DNA of 64,000 nt from Eledone cirrhosa (GCA_964016885.1 OZ024742.1:283340001-283404000), one strand, 5' to 3'. Numbered from the stretch's first letter, positions 27,743 through 40,862 are shown. Notes: generated from the sequence alone by a model not told the origin. Program-made: numbers and translations.

Positions 27743-27955
27743 ATACCAATGTCAGTGATGGTCGTAAAAACGATATTCCACGAGGTGTAAATTATCTTTT
27801 GTAATCCAGCTTAAATAAGGCTAAGTTGGCACGTAAAAGGTGTTTCTTATATTTATAACAGAAGTAAATAAGCCACTTACTGGTCCAGGCTTGGGTAGAT
27901 TGGCCTGATTGTAGAGAAAACTGTTCAAAAACATACATTTGACGGTGCACTACTG

Positions 27956-28149
27956 CAGACCTGCCCACCTCTAAAAACCTTAACGGAGAGTACCATAAAA
28001 AACGTGTCGCAAAACTGGGAGAAATGAGGCAAAATGGGGAGATTTTACAAAATGAAAGCTATACAAATTTTCACAAAAGAAGACGTCTCCCACCCACCTC
28101 AAAGAGGGTGGAAGATCTCTCCGTTGGGCGGGGTGAGTTGACAGGTCTG
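27956..28149. mobile_element. MITE, same family as 2031-2235
   Basis: cagacctgccca...ttgacaggtctg, internal homology in reverse orientation. Confidence 0.75.
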
Positions 28150-28471
28150 CTACAGTTGCAAGCCTGATGCTAACGGTGTTATATTCTAAATATAGAAATT
28201 CGGGGTCGTTCTTTGGTGCGCTGTACGGTCGATGGAAGTAAAGTACCTGATAAATTTTGTTAAATCACGTCTCTAGGCGTAAGTTATGTAAAACCAATAT
28301 ACAGGATCTTCAGCGCCGGTCATTATCTCTACATGATATGAAGCTCTAAGTATTAGTTTAACTGAACACACTTCTATCTCACTGCCTCAGAATTGCACTC
28401 TTTGATATATTTTGGAAAATGATATGCATACGTGTGTGTGTGTGTGCGCGCATGTATGTATATATGTATGC

Positions 28472-28511
<40 letters not shown>

Positions 28512-28531
28512 AATTTAGAAAAGTGACACAC

Positions 28532-28697
28532 AAGTTGATATATATAAACAAATAGTAAAAAGGAAAAAATACAGTAGAAAATGGTGGGAGGATTTTTTTC
28601 AGTATAATATCAAAACATTTTTATATAAAGTGGGGATTTCCGTATTTAATCGTTATATATATATGTGTATATATATATCTGTATATATATATATATG

Positions 28698-28737
<40 letters not shown>

Positions 28738-28930
28738 TATATAGATATATAGATATATAGATATATATATATAGATATATATACATATATATACACACAT
28801 ATATATATAACGATTAAATGAGGAAATCCCCACTTTATAAATAAATGTTTTGATATTATACTGAAAAAATCCCTCCAGCATTTTCTACTGTATTTTTTCC
28901 TTTTTACTATTTGTTTATATATATCAACTT
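28532..28930. repeat. Inverted repeat with ~125-bp unique arms around an (AT)n core
   Basis: aagttgatatatataaacaaatagtaaaaagg... / ...cctttttactatttgtttatatatatcaactt. Confidence 0.9.
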
Positions 28931-29039
28931 ATATATATCAATATATATATATATATATCCGCCCTTTGAAAGGGCAGAGGAACTTATAAGAGTCGACGGC
29001 CATCCAATAATTTTTTTTTCTTTGATGGAGCGAGAGACT

Positions 29040-29320
29040 CCTAGTCTTCCTTAAGACGTCTCTCTACGAGAAGGTCACTCTGATATAAAACCTGCAACTT
29101 CGTTTGCATCAAATGATGTAGACCAGTTCTACTTTTGGGGTAAATGCATTTGATGTTCAGAGAGTGGGATTGGCCCCATGCAAAGCCTTTCCTCACTTAA
29201 AACAGCTTCAAGTACAGGCATTGCTTGATATGTGACATTTTTTGCGATGCATGGTATTATAGGATGCGTAGCAGGACTAGGAAGCCACGTCCGTGATGCT
29301 CATACTTAAGTATCAAGCGA
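29040..29320. repeat. Unclassified dispersed repeat, second copy about 61970-62275
   Basis: Shared gcatcaaatgatgtagaccagttct...cagagagtgggattgg...aggcattgcttg. Confidence 0.6.
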
Positions 29321-29384
29321 TGGCATTACTCGAAATCCAGTTGCAGCCACCATACATATATATATATATATATGTGTGTGTGTC

Positions 29385-29480
<96 letters not shown>

Positions 29481-31899
29481 TTTTATTAGTTATAAATAAA
29501 TAAGGATTATAGCCGGAAAATATTATAAAAATTTTAAAAATAAATGATATAAACAAACCCCAATAAGGAAATAAAAAGTTTCAGTAACGTTTGTACTACC
29601 CGGAAAATAGTTTTCACCCACCCCGAATACATTTTCTTTTTTAATTTTCGACTTCACCTTTGTTCATGATTTTGTTGTTGTTTTATTGTTTTTCCCTGTT
29701 CCTCTTCCTACTCCCCCACCTCACTTTTTATCATAAAAGTCACCACATTCTTTCCTTCCTCTACCCTCCCCCCCCCCTCATTCTACTTTTCTTTTTACCA
29801 CCGCCTCCTTTCATTCCTCTTCCCACTCCTCTCCTCCTTATCCCACTTCTTTATCATATCACCCCCTTCTTTCATTCTTCACTACCAACCATGTTCCGGA
29901 CGTATTACACCGCATGTTGTGACTTGTTTTTTTTATTATTATTGTTAACGTTGCTGCTATGGATGGCGGTATTGTTGCTGCTGCTAATGATGACGATGAT
30001 GATGATGATGATGATGATGTTACTGTTGTTGTTATTGTTATTGTTGTTGCTGTTGTTTGTGCAGCATTTCCTGTTATAGTTGCTGTTGTTGCTTTGTCGC
30101 TATTGATGTTGCTGCTGTTTATGCAGCAGTTCCTGTTATAGTTGTTGTTTTGACGCTATTGATGCTGCTATCGTTGTTGCTGCTGCTGCTGCTGCTGCTG
30201 TTGTTGTGTTTGTTGTTGTTGCAATCCTTAGTGAGATTGCAGCGATAAATAAGTAATGTTCAACAAAACACAAATAAGTAACGGTATAAGTTACGGGACT
30301 TTATGGGATGTCGTCTGCTTCTCATTGATTTCGGCTTTTGAATACAAATCGATCCAATTTATAATAACTGCAGCTTGACTAGCAACGCCAACGGCATGAA
30401 CAACAGTTTCATTCATGATACCGTTATAATATGAAAGAAAGAAAAAAAGGTAAACGATAAATCACATCCAAAAGCATACAAACTAAGGGGACTTTCTATG
30501 TTTTCTTGATAGAAATATTGGGCAAATTTCTCTGAAATTATACTCTTCCGTCATAAAAAGATACATTTGGTCAATAAATCCCAAAGTTGACACTGGAAGA
30601 CTAAAAAAGTGGGGTGGAAGGTGAAGGGGTGGTAAGGAAAGTCGTTGGAAGGCAAAGTTTGTGAAGAAACAAAGGGACAGAGTAGAAAATAGTAAAATTA
30701 TTACCTTTAGCTATTCAATAAAGGCTTAAATAAAATAAAAATGTTAAGATTTAGAAATTAAAAATTGTGAGCGGCCTAAACGCAGAAAATTGCTGTAATA
30801 ACAGTCGATCACTATAAATAATAGTTGAGAAAAGCAGGTAAAAGTTTGAGACGGTAAAACGTTGACTTAAACTTCACATCTCAGAAATACATCGCTGATG
30901 AAATACATTCTCTAAAACGGGATGGTAGTCCAAAAACTTTCAGGAAACTGTATCAGATAACGCAATTCTAAATAGATGGACTTCCGTTGGTTTTGACGTT
31001 GAGTCTTTCAGTTGTTCGATCAACGGGACAGCCTGCTCATGAAATTGACGTGTAAGAGGCTGAGCATTCCACAGACCCTCTAACATAATTCTCAAGGAGG
31101 ATTAACGTTACATAGTGTGTGACAAGGCTAACTCTTTGAATTACAGTATAGCCCATCTGAGAAGCTACCAAGCAGTTTCCGTCTATACATTTTCACTCAC
31201 AAGGCATGGGTTGACCCGAGGCTATCATAAATGACACTTTCCTAAGAGATCACGCAGTGCGATCGAATTCAAGACATGCTGTGTCCACCCGTAATTCTAA
31301 ATAGATCGTGTCTGAATATCAGACAAATGGTGGCACAGCTTTATCACCTTTAATTATCTGTCTGCTGAATTAGACTGACTTTGAGCAAAAGCGAAATAGC
31401 AACAAAATCTATTATCGATTACATTCTATTGTGCACATTGGATAAGCAATATTCCTAAGTTTTCTGTTACTGGGCAAATGATGTTATTTTCAGGGTTAGA
31501 ATGTTTTTAATTATCGTTCTCCTCGATCATGGATGATCCAATGCTAAAAAGCAACAACAAAGATGACAACAAAAACAACAGCAACAGTAACAAGGGTGAA
31601 AAGGTCATGATCTATTCGCCATCCAATAAATTTTACAAATTTTAATTGTTCCAGCTTTGATTATCTGTAACGTAAGAATTAAGGAGCTGCATTCTCTCCC
31701 AAAGAATCAAAATCTAGCTACACGCTACCCCAGGCATGTCGGTTCTTATCTTATCGCTCTAATAATTATGGGTATGAAACTGAAAGTGTATTTTGGTTCA
31801 ATCAAGGGGTTAAAGATGCCATCCGAACAAAGAAGTAGGCTTACAAATCCTGACGTAGAAATAAGTCCTCTTTCTTGCACTCGCGATACAAGCAGGCGT

Positions 31900-33725
31900 G
31901 AAAAGATGCAGCAGAGACAGTAAAGGCGTTCAAAGTTAAAAGGATTTTTGAGCTAATCCGACTTCAGATTAGTAAATAAAGTGTTTTGGCAGACCACCAG
32001 CTGACTTCGTAATAAAAAGTCCTCCTCTACATCTGCTATCAGGAATGCATCTGATGTTCTCCTCTGTCAGAGAGGTGCTGATCTCCTTAACTCAGTCACA
32101 ATAGCATCTGATGTACACGAGGTGCATTTTGGAGCGATGATTAATCTCTCGGAGGTTGATGTCACAAGAGCAATTACAAAGCTCGAATGTGGTAAGACCG
32201 CTGGGGAGGATTAAATTTGGCTCGGGATGTTAAAAGCCTTAAACAAAGAAGACATTCTCTGACTTGCTCTTGTGTACCGGGTGGCCTGGATCTCTGTAAA
32301 GGCACCTAAGCAATGGCAATCGGGATTGATAATCCTAATTTCGAAAAGGGAGACAAGGGAGATTGCTCTAATTATAAAGGGATCACCTTGTTAGGCCTCC
32401 CCAGTAAAGTCTATGCTAAGTGTCTAGCGAAAAGATGCAGGGAGCGGTTGAGTCCAAGCTAGCTAATGAACAGTATTGTTTATACCCTGAACAAAGCACA
32501 GCCGAGTAAATATTCACACCGCTGCTGGTCTTTGACAAAATCGTGGGAGTACTGTCAAGAGGTGTATATTTTCTTCGTAGACCTCGAAAAGGCATACGGC
32601 AGCGTTCCACGGAACATTCTGTGGAAGATTCTGCAGGAGTATGGGATCGGTGGACAGCTACTTGTTGCCCTGATGTCTCTATACGAATTCCTTGGTATTT
32701 GTGTTCGAAAGAATAGTGCTAAATCGAAACCATTCATCGTGGGCGTCAAACTCCACCAAGGGTGCGTACTGCCACTTCTTCGGTCCATAATTTTTATAAA
32801 CAGGATTGACATGTGCAGCGGGGTTGGAAATGGCATCACAACTGGCGGGTGTAGGAGCGTTCGACTGGAATTTACAGACGACATGGTACTACTTAACTTG
32901 TCAGAAAGTTATTTCCGATATACATTTGACAGGTTTGATGTCGAGTGCTGCATGGTTGGAATGATGGAATGAAAATCAGTGCTGCGAAGACTGAGACTCT
33001 CGTCCTCAAATGGAAGCCTGTGTATTGCACACTACATGTGAGTGAAGTCCGAGGCCATGTTCACGAATGATGTAAGGCAGGGGGCTGAATTAAATGCAAA
33101 AATTGCATGAGCTGGTGCAGTTATATGCCAGTTTCATCATTCGGTAATCAGAAGGGAGGTGGGTGTAAAAGCCAAACTCACCATCTTCAATTCGGTATTC
33201 GTGCCAACCTTTACCTATTCTCATGAATCTTTGGTAATGACCGAAAGAATACGATTGCGCATACAAGCGGCCGAAATGGTGTTCCTGAGAGGGGTCTTTG
33301 AAGTAACGCTACTTTACAGAGTGCATAACTCGGAGATCAGAGAATCGCTCCAGGTAGAGCTACTAATTCTCCGAATTTTGAGATCACAACACCGATATTA
33401 CGGGCATGTGATTAGAATGTCTAAGAAAAGAATCGCTAGACAGATTTTATCGGCAAAACCAACCGTTAGGAGACCCAGGGGTAGACCCAGAGCAAGATGG
33501 TTGGATAACATCCATGAGATTGGCTGACTTCGCTTGGGAATCCAGCTGGTTCAGTTGGAGACGGTTGCTTCCGCAAAGACCCACTGGTTGGCGTATTTGA
33601 TGGCTCTGCCCCCACGATCCTTCTAGGGATAAGTGGGCGGCGAAGAAGAAGAAGAAGAAGAAGAAGAAGAAGAAGACGAAGACGAAGACGACGACGACGA
33701 CGACGACGATGACGATGACGATGAC

Positions 33726-33776
<51 letters not shown>
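31900..33776 (+). mobile_element. RTE-clade LINE, decayed, with (GAA)(GAC)(GAT)n tail
   Basis: NYKGITLL, FFVDLEKAYGSVPR, LHQGCVL, FTDD, RYYGHVIRM...RRPRGRPRARWLDNI. Confidence 0.9.
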
Positions 33777-33777
<1 letters not shown>

Positions 33778-34153
33778 CTATGGTGTGAGTTGAAACCACG
33801 TAACTAATGCTGTATTATAAATGAGAAAACAAATTAACTTATGAAGAGTCAGTTGATTCATTGCTCTCTAATTAAACCTGTATATGTTGTTAGAACTTAG
33901 TGGGCGCTTACTAAATCAAACATAAGTTATCTATCAATATTACTATACTTAACTAGTCACCCATCCATTCTAAGTACATGGCCGCTCAACTTATCAGTAG
34001 TAGGTTTACGGATCAATTTCCATACCAGACACATATATATATATGTATGTATATATATATATATATACAGTCTATATATATATAGTTATTATTTCTGTTT
34101 ATCTTTTACGTACATATATATATATATATTTATTTATATTTATATATATATTT

Positions 34154-34185
<32 letters not shown>

Positions 34186-34604
34186 TTTACGTGTGTGTGT
34201 GGGTGTGCTTTACAATTGTATTTGCTTACATATGTATATCAGTTATTGATTGTGTGTGTATGTATGTGTGCGTGTGTGTGTGCGTGTACATTTGTGTGTG
34301 TCTGTGTACATGTGTATGTGTATGTGTGTATACGTGTACATGTGTTTGTGTTTGTGTGTGTGTGTGATATTTTAACGGTTCGCTTACGAGCGGTGGTAAT
34401 GATTACTGAATGACAGGCTGCCAATTGAATAAACGAAAATCTACCGGGTTATAGACAACCTAAACGTAACATCAATGATAATTAAATTAATTAGTATAGA
34501 AATAATTAGTGCCGCAAAATATTACATACAACTACATATCTCAATTATGTATAATTACCAGAACTAATAATACACTGATTATCACTTCAACAAAGAAAAT
34601 ATGT

Positions 34605-34712
34605 AATAATTGTTTCTACTTTAGGCACAAGGCCAGCAATTACCCAGTGCATTACTGGTACTTTATTTTATCGACCCGTAAGGTTGAAAGGCAAAGTGAA
34701 CCTCGGCGGGAT
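34605..34712 (-). mobile_element. Short-tail SINE fragment
   Basis: ggcacaaggccagcaattacccagtgcattactggtactttattttatcgacc. Confidence 0.75.
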
Positions 34713-34910
34713 GTAATAATAAAACATTGTTTATAATTTGAATCTAGCGCTTTCGTCCACCGCGAGACTTATCAATGATATAAAGTTACAATTATATAAC
34801 TATATGGACTAGCATGACTGTGTGGTTAAAGAGTTTCCTTTGCAAACAGTCACTTCTGGGTTCAGTATATATATATGTATGTGTGTGTATGTGTGTAATT
34901 GTTCATATAT

Positions 34911-34970
<60 letters not shown>

Positions 34971-34975
<5 letters not shown>

Positions 34976-35176
34976 AACAAGTAGGACCCCGACGGCTGAG
35001 CTCAAGCCGCTTCGACGGCTAATTCTGGACTAAAACTTTTAGTCCAGAATTAGCCGTCGAAACGGCTTGAGCTCAGCCGTCGGGGTCCTACTTGTTCCTA
35101 TTACCCACTCTACTACCCTAAGTATTGAGTACTTTGGTGCGTTATGGTCCATCTGGTTCCTTACCACATTTCCTTC

Positions 35177-35181
<5 letters not shown>
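34971..35181 (+). mobile_element. Fold-back element, hairpin 34971-35101, in (AT)n
   Basis: ~60-bp arms containing GAAAC; tail homologous to 12410-12490. Confidence 0.85.
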
Positions 35182-35231
<50 letters not shown>

Positions 35232-35625
35232 ATAATAATAAAATTGAAGACTAAAATCCAAAGAGGGCTCGATAAGGAAAATATATATCAAATATATAAA
35301 AACCGTAGAGACGTATACATATATATACGTGTGTATGTGTGCATACTGTGAAACTGTTTATTGTGATAACCTTTTAGAAAACATTAATCGACTAATTGTC
35401 TGAAACAACGGTTATAACAATAAGCTGGACGTGTTTGTAATCCAATAATTATGATAACAATAACCGTTTGATAACATCGTCCGTGATAATAATAAGCGGG
35501 TTTTATAATACATACATATATATTATATATGTGTGTATGTTTGTCTATGTGTGTATGCGGACGTATATGTGTTCATCTAAGCAGAACGGTGTATTGTAAT
35601 TTTCTTTGCGTCACGCTTTGTTAAA

Positions 35626-35707
<82 letters not shown>

Positions 35708-36027
35708 TTACACGCACACAAAAAAAGAGAAACATGGTAATTATCATCATTGGAGCGTAATAGATCGATAATCAATATACACGTTTGTGGAAGACTTAAG
35801 TGGTTTATAGACTTAGATGTGAGAATATATTGGTGTATGGGTGGGTGAATGTGAGATTATAGATAGGGCATGAGTGAATTATGGTTGTAAATGATGTGTA
35901 ACCGTAGTATTATTGACAGAGTCCATACGTTTATTAGTTTGTATGAACTATCCAAACGAAAGCCATTCGTCAGTTCTCGAGGGAAACATGTCGTCTGCTT
36001 CCGTGTGCATCCATTTGGATAACTGGC

Positions 36028-36419
36028 TTAACCCTTTCGTTATGATATTTCTAATGGTTTTCAATTAATTTTGAAAATAATCAAGAATTTTTGGTATTTA
36101 GTAATATAGCTTAACTTCGTGTTTTCAATATAACTCAACACAGGCACTTATATAGAATTGTGACAGAACGTTTTTAGGTAAATATAAACACTTTAACCTT
36201 TTCGTTACGATATGTCTAATGAAAGACACTGTCTATGATTTTCAATTAATTTTGAAAATAATCAATATATTTTGAGGGATTTAGTAAAACACTTTCTCAT
36301 TATTAAGTTCGTGTTTGGAATATAACTTAACAAAGGTTCTTACATAAAATTATGATCAGAGGTTTTTAGATATAAAAAAACAGGACTGGCTTCAGGTGGT
36401 TTGGAATCAAAAGGGTTAA
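36028..36419. mobile_element. piggyBac-like MITE with internal duplication
   Basis: TTAA-CCCTTT...AAAGGG-TTAA; the left end is repeated at about 36193. Confidence 0.65.
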
Positions 36420-36703
36420 ATACATGTTAAACGATAGAAGGCATCTATGTGGTCGCTTGGTCTACAAGAAATAGCAGCCACATTTCCTTAAAATCACAAC
36501 GAAAAAATGACGGCGTTGTGGTCATGACTGAAATGATTTTCATCATAAGCCTGCTTGATCATAACTGACCGCGGGTTAAATATTAACAACTGGCTTTAGT
36601 ATGAACTAATGAATGAAATCACATCAGCAACGACAAATACGAGAAGTCAATTCCTATATAGTTAGAACTATATACTGTATATGCATGAATACACACATAC
36701 ACT

Positions 36704-36795
<92 letters not shown>

Positions 36796-36797
<2 letters not shown>

Positions 36798-37002
36798 GTA
36801 GAACACTGGTGGGTTATATCCGTAATAGTAGAGCACCCAGTTCATGGGACGAGTTTGGTAGAAGTAGTTCCACAACAGTTAGTTCACCATACCGAGAACA
36901 AATGTTTCACCTTATTCGGATCCTCAGACCGAGCTGAGGATCCGAATAAGGTGAAACATTTGTTCTCGGTATGGTGAACTAACTGTTGTGGAACTACTTC
37001 TA
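36796..37002. mobile_element. Fold-back element, perfect ~69-bp arms (36859-36927 / 36934-37002)
   Basis: Exact reverse-complement arms around the loop accgag. Confidence 0.9.
36928..36970 (+). ncRNA. Minimal type I hammerhead ribozyme candidate
   Basis: ACCGAG-CTGAGGA-TCCGAATAAGGT-GAAAC-ATTT-GTT^CTCGGT; 6-bp stem I, intact core, weak stem II. Confidence 0.7.
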
Positions 37003-37022
37003 TATAAATATATATATATATT

Positions 37023-37215
37023 TAGTAATAATAATAAATTTGAAGACTAAAATCCAAACAGGGCTCGATATATATCAAATATATAAGAACCCTAGAGCAA
37101 ATATTTATTAAAATAACAGATTAAAGTTTAAGCAAAGAATCGCTGTTTTCACCCTTAATGGGATCTTAAGGGTGAAAGCAGTGATCCTTTGCTTAAACTT
37201 TAATCTATTATTTAT
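37023..37215. mobile_element. Fold-back element, hairpin 37109-37215; partial copy at 35227-35310
   Basis: ...gctgttttcacccttaa-tgggatc-ttaagggtgaaagcag... Confidence 0.8.
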
Positions 37216-37329
37216 ATATATATATATATATATTGAGTATATGTTGGTTGTATACCAACACCTCAGTATGCAGATTGGAGCACTCGACGAAGTGCGCAGG
37301 TTGGTTTGGTTACTCCGGAGTAGTGTAAA

Positions 37330-39283
37330 ATAAAATAACTAAGTCAAATGTTTAAAATTTGGCTTCGTTTATTACTGCTATATATATTCCGGTGACAGCG
37401 ATCTTTGGTTGACTGAGGAACTGGAATCATATGAATTTAAACAAACGAATTTCAGCGTCAAAGGACATCTCCTCTCATTGGTCAGTTGTGAGGACATTCC
37501 TCAATCAAAAGTCTATAGAAATTCGTTCTGAGGCGAGGCAATCTGTAGTGGTTGTTCTTGTTATTGTTAAGTACATCTGACCTCTACTCTTATGTTGGTA
37601 GTGGTGTTGGTGTTGGAGTCAGCTCAAAAAAATGATAAAGTGGTAGAAGGAATAAGATGGTAAAGGAACAAAATAAAATGTGTGTGTTATACCCAATCCA
37701 AATTTTAGAAAGATTTGTAAGGTCACTCCTCCCATTGGTCAGTTTTGAGAGCATTCCTCAGTCAAAAGTCTATAGAAATTCTTTCTGGGGTGGGGCTCCC
37801 TGTAGTGTTTGTTTTTGCTATTGTTAAGTACATCTGACCTCTACCCTTATTTTGGTAGTGGTGTTGGTGATGTGGTCAGCCTATGTCTTGCTGCTGCTGA
37901 CATTTAGAAGTATCTGTGTGTGTTTCTTCAATTTGGCCAACATCTTTATAACACACACACATTTTATTTTACTTGATTTTTCATTTGATTTTTCATTTGT
38001 TTTCTGTTTTCTTCACTTTATTGCCTTCTATTTAAGTTGAGATTGGTTATAACACACACATTTTATTTGATTATCTTATTTCGTTTGATTATTTTACCTT
38101 CTTGTTCCTCCTACCACTTTATCCAACATCTTTCTGACTTTGAGATTGGTTATAGCACACACACATTTTATTTTATTTGAATCTTCATTTTTATTTTTCA
38201 CTTTTCATTTTCATTTTTCATTTTTCATTTTTCATTTTTCATTTTTCATTTTTCATTTTTCATTTTTCATTTTTCATTTTTCATTTTTCATTTTTCATTT
38301 TTCATTTTTCATTTTTCATTTTTCATTTTTCATTTTTCATTTCTCATTTCTCATTTCTCATTTTTCATTTTTCATTTTTCACTTTTCACTTTTCATTTTT
38401 CATTTTTCATTTTTCATTTTTCATTTTTCATTTCTCATTTCTCATTTTTCATTTTTCATTTTTCATTTTTCACTTTTCATTTTTCATTTTTCATTTTTCA
38501 TTAATTATCATTTATTTTCTATTTATTATTTATTTTCTGTTTTCTTCATTTTATTGCCTTCTATTTCTTCATATACCCTCCCCCACCACCACCACCACGA
38601 GAGATGGTGGCAGGATGGATGAAGAAACACACACAGATACTTCTAAATGTCAGTAGCAGCAAGACGTAGGCTGACCACAACACCAACACCACTACCAAAA
38701 TAAGGGTAGAGGTCAGATGTACTTAACAATAGCAAAAACAGGGAGCCCCACCTCAGAAAGAATTTCTATAGACTTTTGACTGAGGAATGCTCTCAAAACT
38801 GACCAATGGGAGGAGTGACCTTACAAATCTTTCTAAAAATGAGATTGGGTATAACACACACATTTTATTTTGTTCCTTTACCATCTTATTCCTTCTACCA
38901 CTTTATCATTTTTTTTTAGCTGACTCCAACACCACTACCAACATAAGAGTAGAGGTCAGATGTACTTAACAATAACAAGAAAAACCACTACAGATTGCCT
39001 CGCCTCAGAACGAATTTCTATAGACTTTTGAATGAGGAATGTTCTCACAACTGACCAATGAGAGGAGATGTCCTTTGACGCTGAAATTCGTTTGTTTAAA
39101 TTCATATGATTCCAGTTCTGGGCATATCAGAGTATTGACAACGTTAAACACCTCAACAACATGTGTACTCGTCTCTACCACACTAATTCGGACTGCCTGA
39201 AGAGGTCACAGCCAAAGATGGCTGTCACCGAAATATATATAGCAGTAATAAACGAAGCCAAATTCTAAACTTAGTTATTTTAT
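37330..39283 (+). mobile_element. ~1.95-kb fold-back element, ~600-bp arms (37330-37930 / 38620-39283), with (TTTTTCA)n in the spacer
   Basis: Arms are reverse complements; the right arm ends in a hammerhead plus AATAAA, then (AT)n. Confidence 0.88.
39192..39246 (+). ncRNA. Type I hammerhead ribozyme candidate, complete
   Basis: ACTGC-CTGAAGA-GGTCACAGCC-AAAGAT-GGCTGTCACC-GAAA-TATAT-ATA^GCAGT; stem I 5 bp, stem II 9 of 10 bp, palindromic stem-loop III; AATAAA at 39247-39252. Confidence 0.8.
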
Positions 39284-39467
39284 ATTATATATATATATAT
39301 ATATATATATTAAAGGTTAATTAGTCTCTAATACTTAAACAACCCAACGAGAGAAATCTCTCAGAGAAGCAATATTATATATAAAACTTAAATGAGAAAA
39401 AACTCTAATTCTGGGAGTACAAATAAGATAGACAAAAAAGTATTCTATCTAATCTCGCTTATATATA

Positions 39468-39552
39468 GATCTGCCTACCTTGGTTTCGTATGAGGAAGAA
39501 TTATTATTGGAACCACCAAAAATTGAAGAATCCGCCATACTCTTCAGGTGAT
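39468..39552 (-). ncRNA. Hammerhead-like motif with long stem II insert
   Basis: Minus strand CTGAAGA-GTATG...CATAC-GAAAC-CAAG-GTA; stem I imperfect. Confidence 0.45.
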
Positions 39553-40337
39553 TTTAATTCTTCAAGACCCAAGAGAAATTAAACAAGATATAATACATAC
39601 TGTTCAATTAGCCGAGGCAACATAGTGGCATAAAAAGACGAGTAGTGTTTCGTTGTCAAAATCTCCTAGGATACTACTTGACAGGCTTATAATGGCGTAA
39701 GAAATAGCAGCCAAAAGACCGTCTGACTGTCTGGTACAGCTTGACAAATTAAAGAGCAGTTTAATATTAATGAATCTAATACTTAAACATCTCAATGAGA
39801 GAAATCTCTCGGAGAAGCAATATTATATATCAAAATTAAATGAGAATTTCTAACTTGCATTATATCGTCTTTCCCAAAATAATCATACCCTAAATCTAAA
39901 TATTTACAACTAAAAATCATGACTTCAGTACGAATACAGCCAAAATATTTACAACTAAAAGCCATTATTTAAATTCGACAAAATTTAATGTATTATAATT
40001 AAAAGAATGAAAACGAAAATGTTTCGAAAAGTTCGAAAAATATTGAACACATTAAGTTTAAAGTTGATTTTCGAAATCATTCAGAATTTATACAAAAATT
40101 TTAGTAATTCTACTTCAAAATTTTAATAAATTTAGAAACTGTGGTTAATTAGTTTAAATTAATTAAAGTTTAATAGACTTTTTGTCTTTTGCTTTCTTCA
40201 GATTTAATAAATTCATTAAAACTTGCTAAATTAATTAACAAAGTTTAATATATATGTAAATATATGTTCTTGTGTCTATGAATATATATATATATTTATA
40301 TATATATGTGTGTGTGTGTGTGTGTATGCGTGTGTGT

Positions 40338-40378
<41 letters not shown>

Positions 40379-40561
40379 CGCGTGTGTATATGTATATATC
40401 TATTAATGTACGTACGTATGTTTGCATGTGTGTATGTATGTATACATACACATATTTAGAGGTGTGGACAAATTTATATTTAAAAAAGTTGAATAAATTT
40501 CGTGTGTATATGTATTGAATGTATATATGCATGTATACAGTCATATGTACATATGCATACA

Positions 40562-40607
<46 letters not shown>

Positions 40608-40677
40608 TATGCATACATGCATATATACATATATGTATATATATGCATACATATATGCATATATACATACATAATAA

Positions 40678-40862
40678 TAATTGTTTCTACTTTTGGCACA
40701 AGGCCAGCAATCACCCAGTGCATTACTGGTACTTTATTTTATCGACCCCCGTAAGGATGAAAGGTAAAGTTATCCTCGGCGGGATTTGAACTCAGAATGG
40801 CAAGGGCCTTAACTCTATGCGTCAAAGCATGGCGTCCGACCCTCTACCGATACTGCCAATCC
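40678..40862 (-). mobile_element. Short-tail SINE
   Basis: Reverse complement of the 59577 family, flanked by aataat. Confidence 0.8.

Noticed and set aside
38140-38656. F/H/S/I-rich membrane-like ORFs
   Set aside because: Translation of the (TTTTTCA)n heptamer array.
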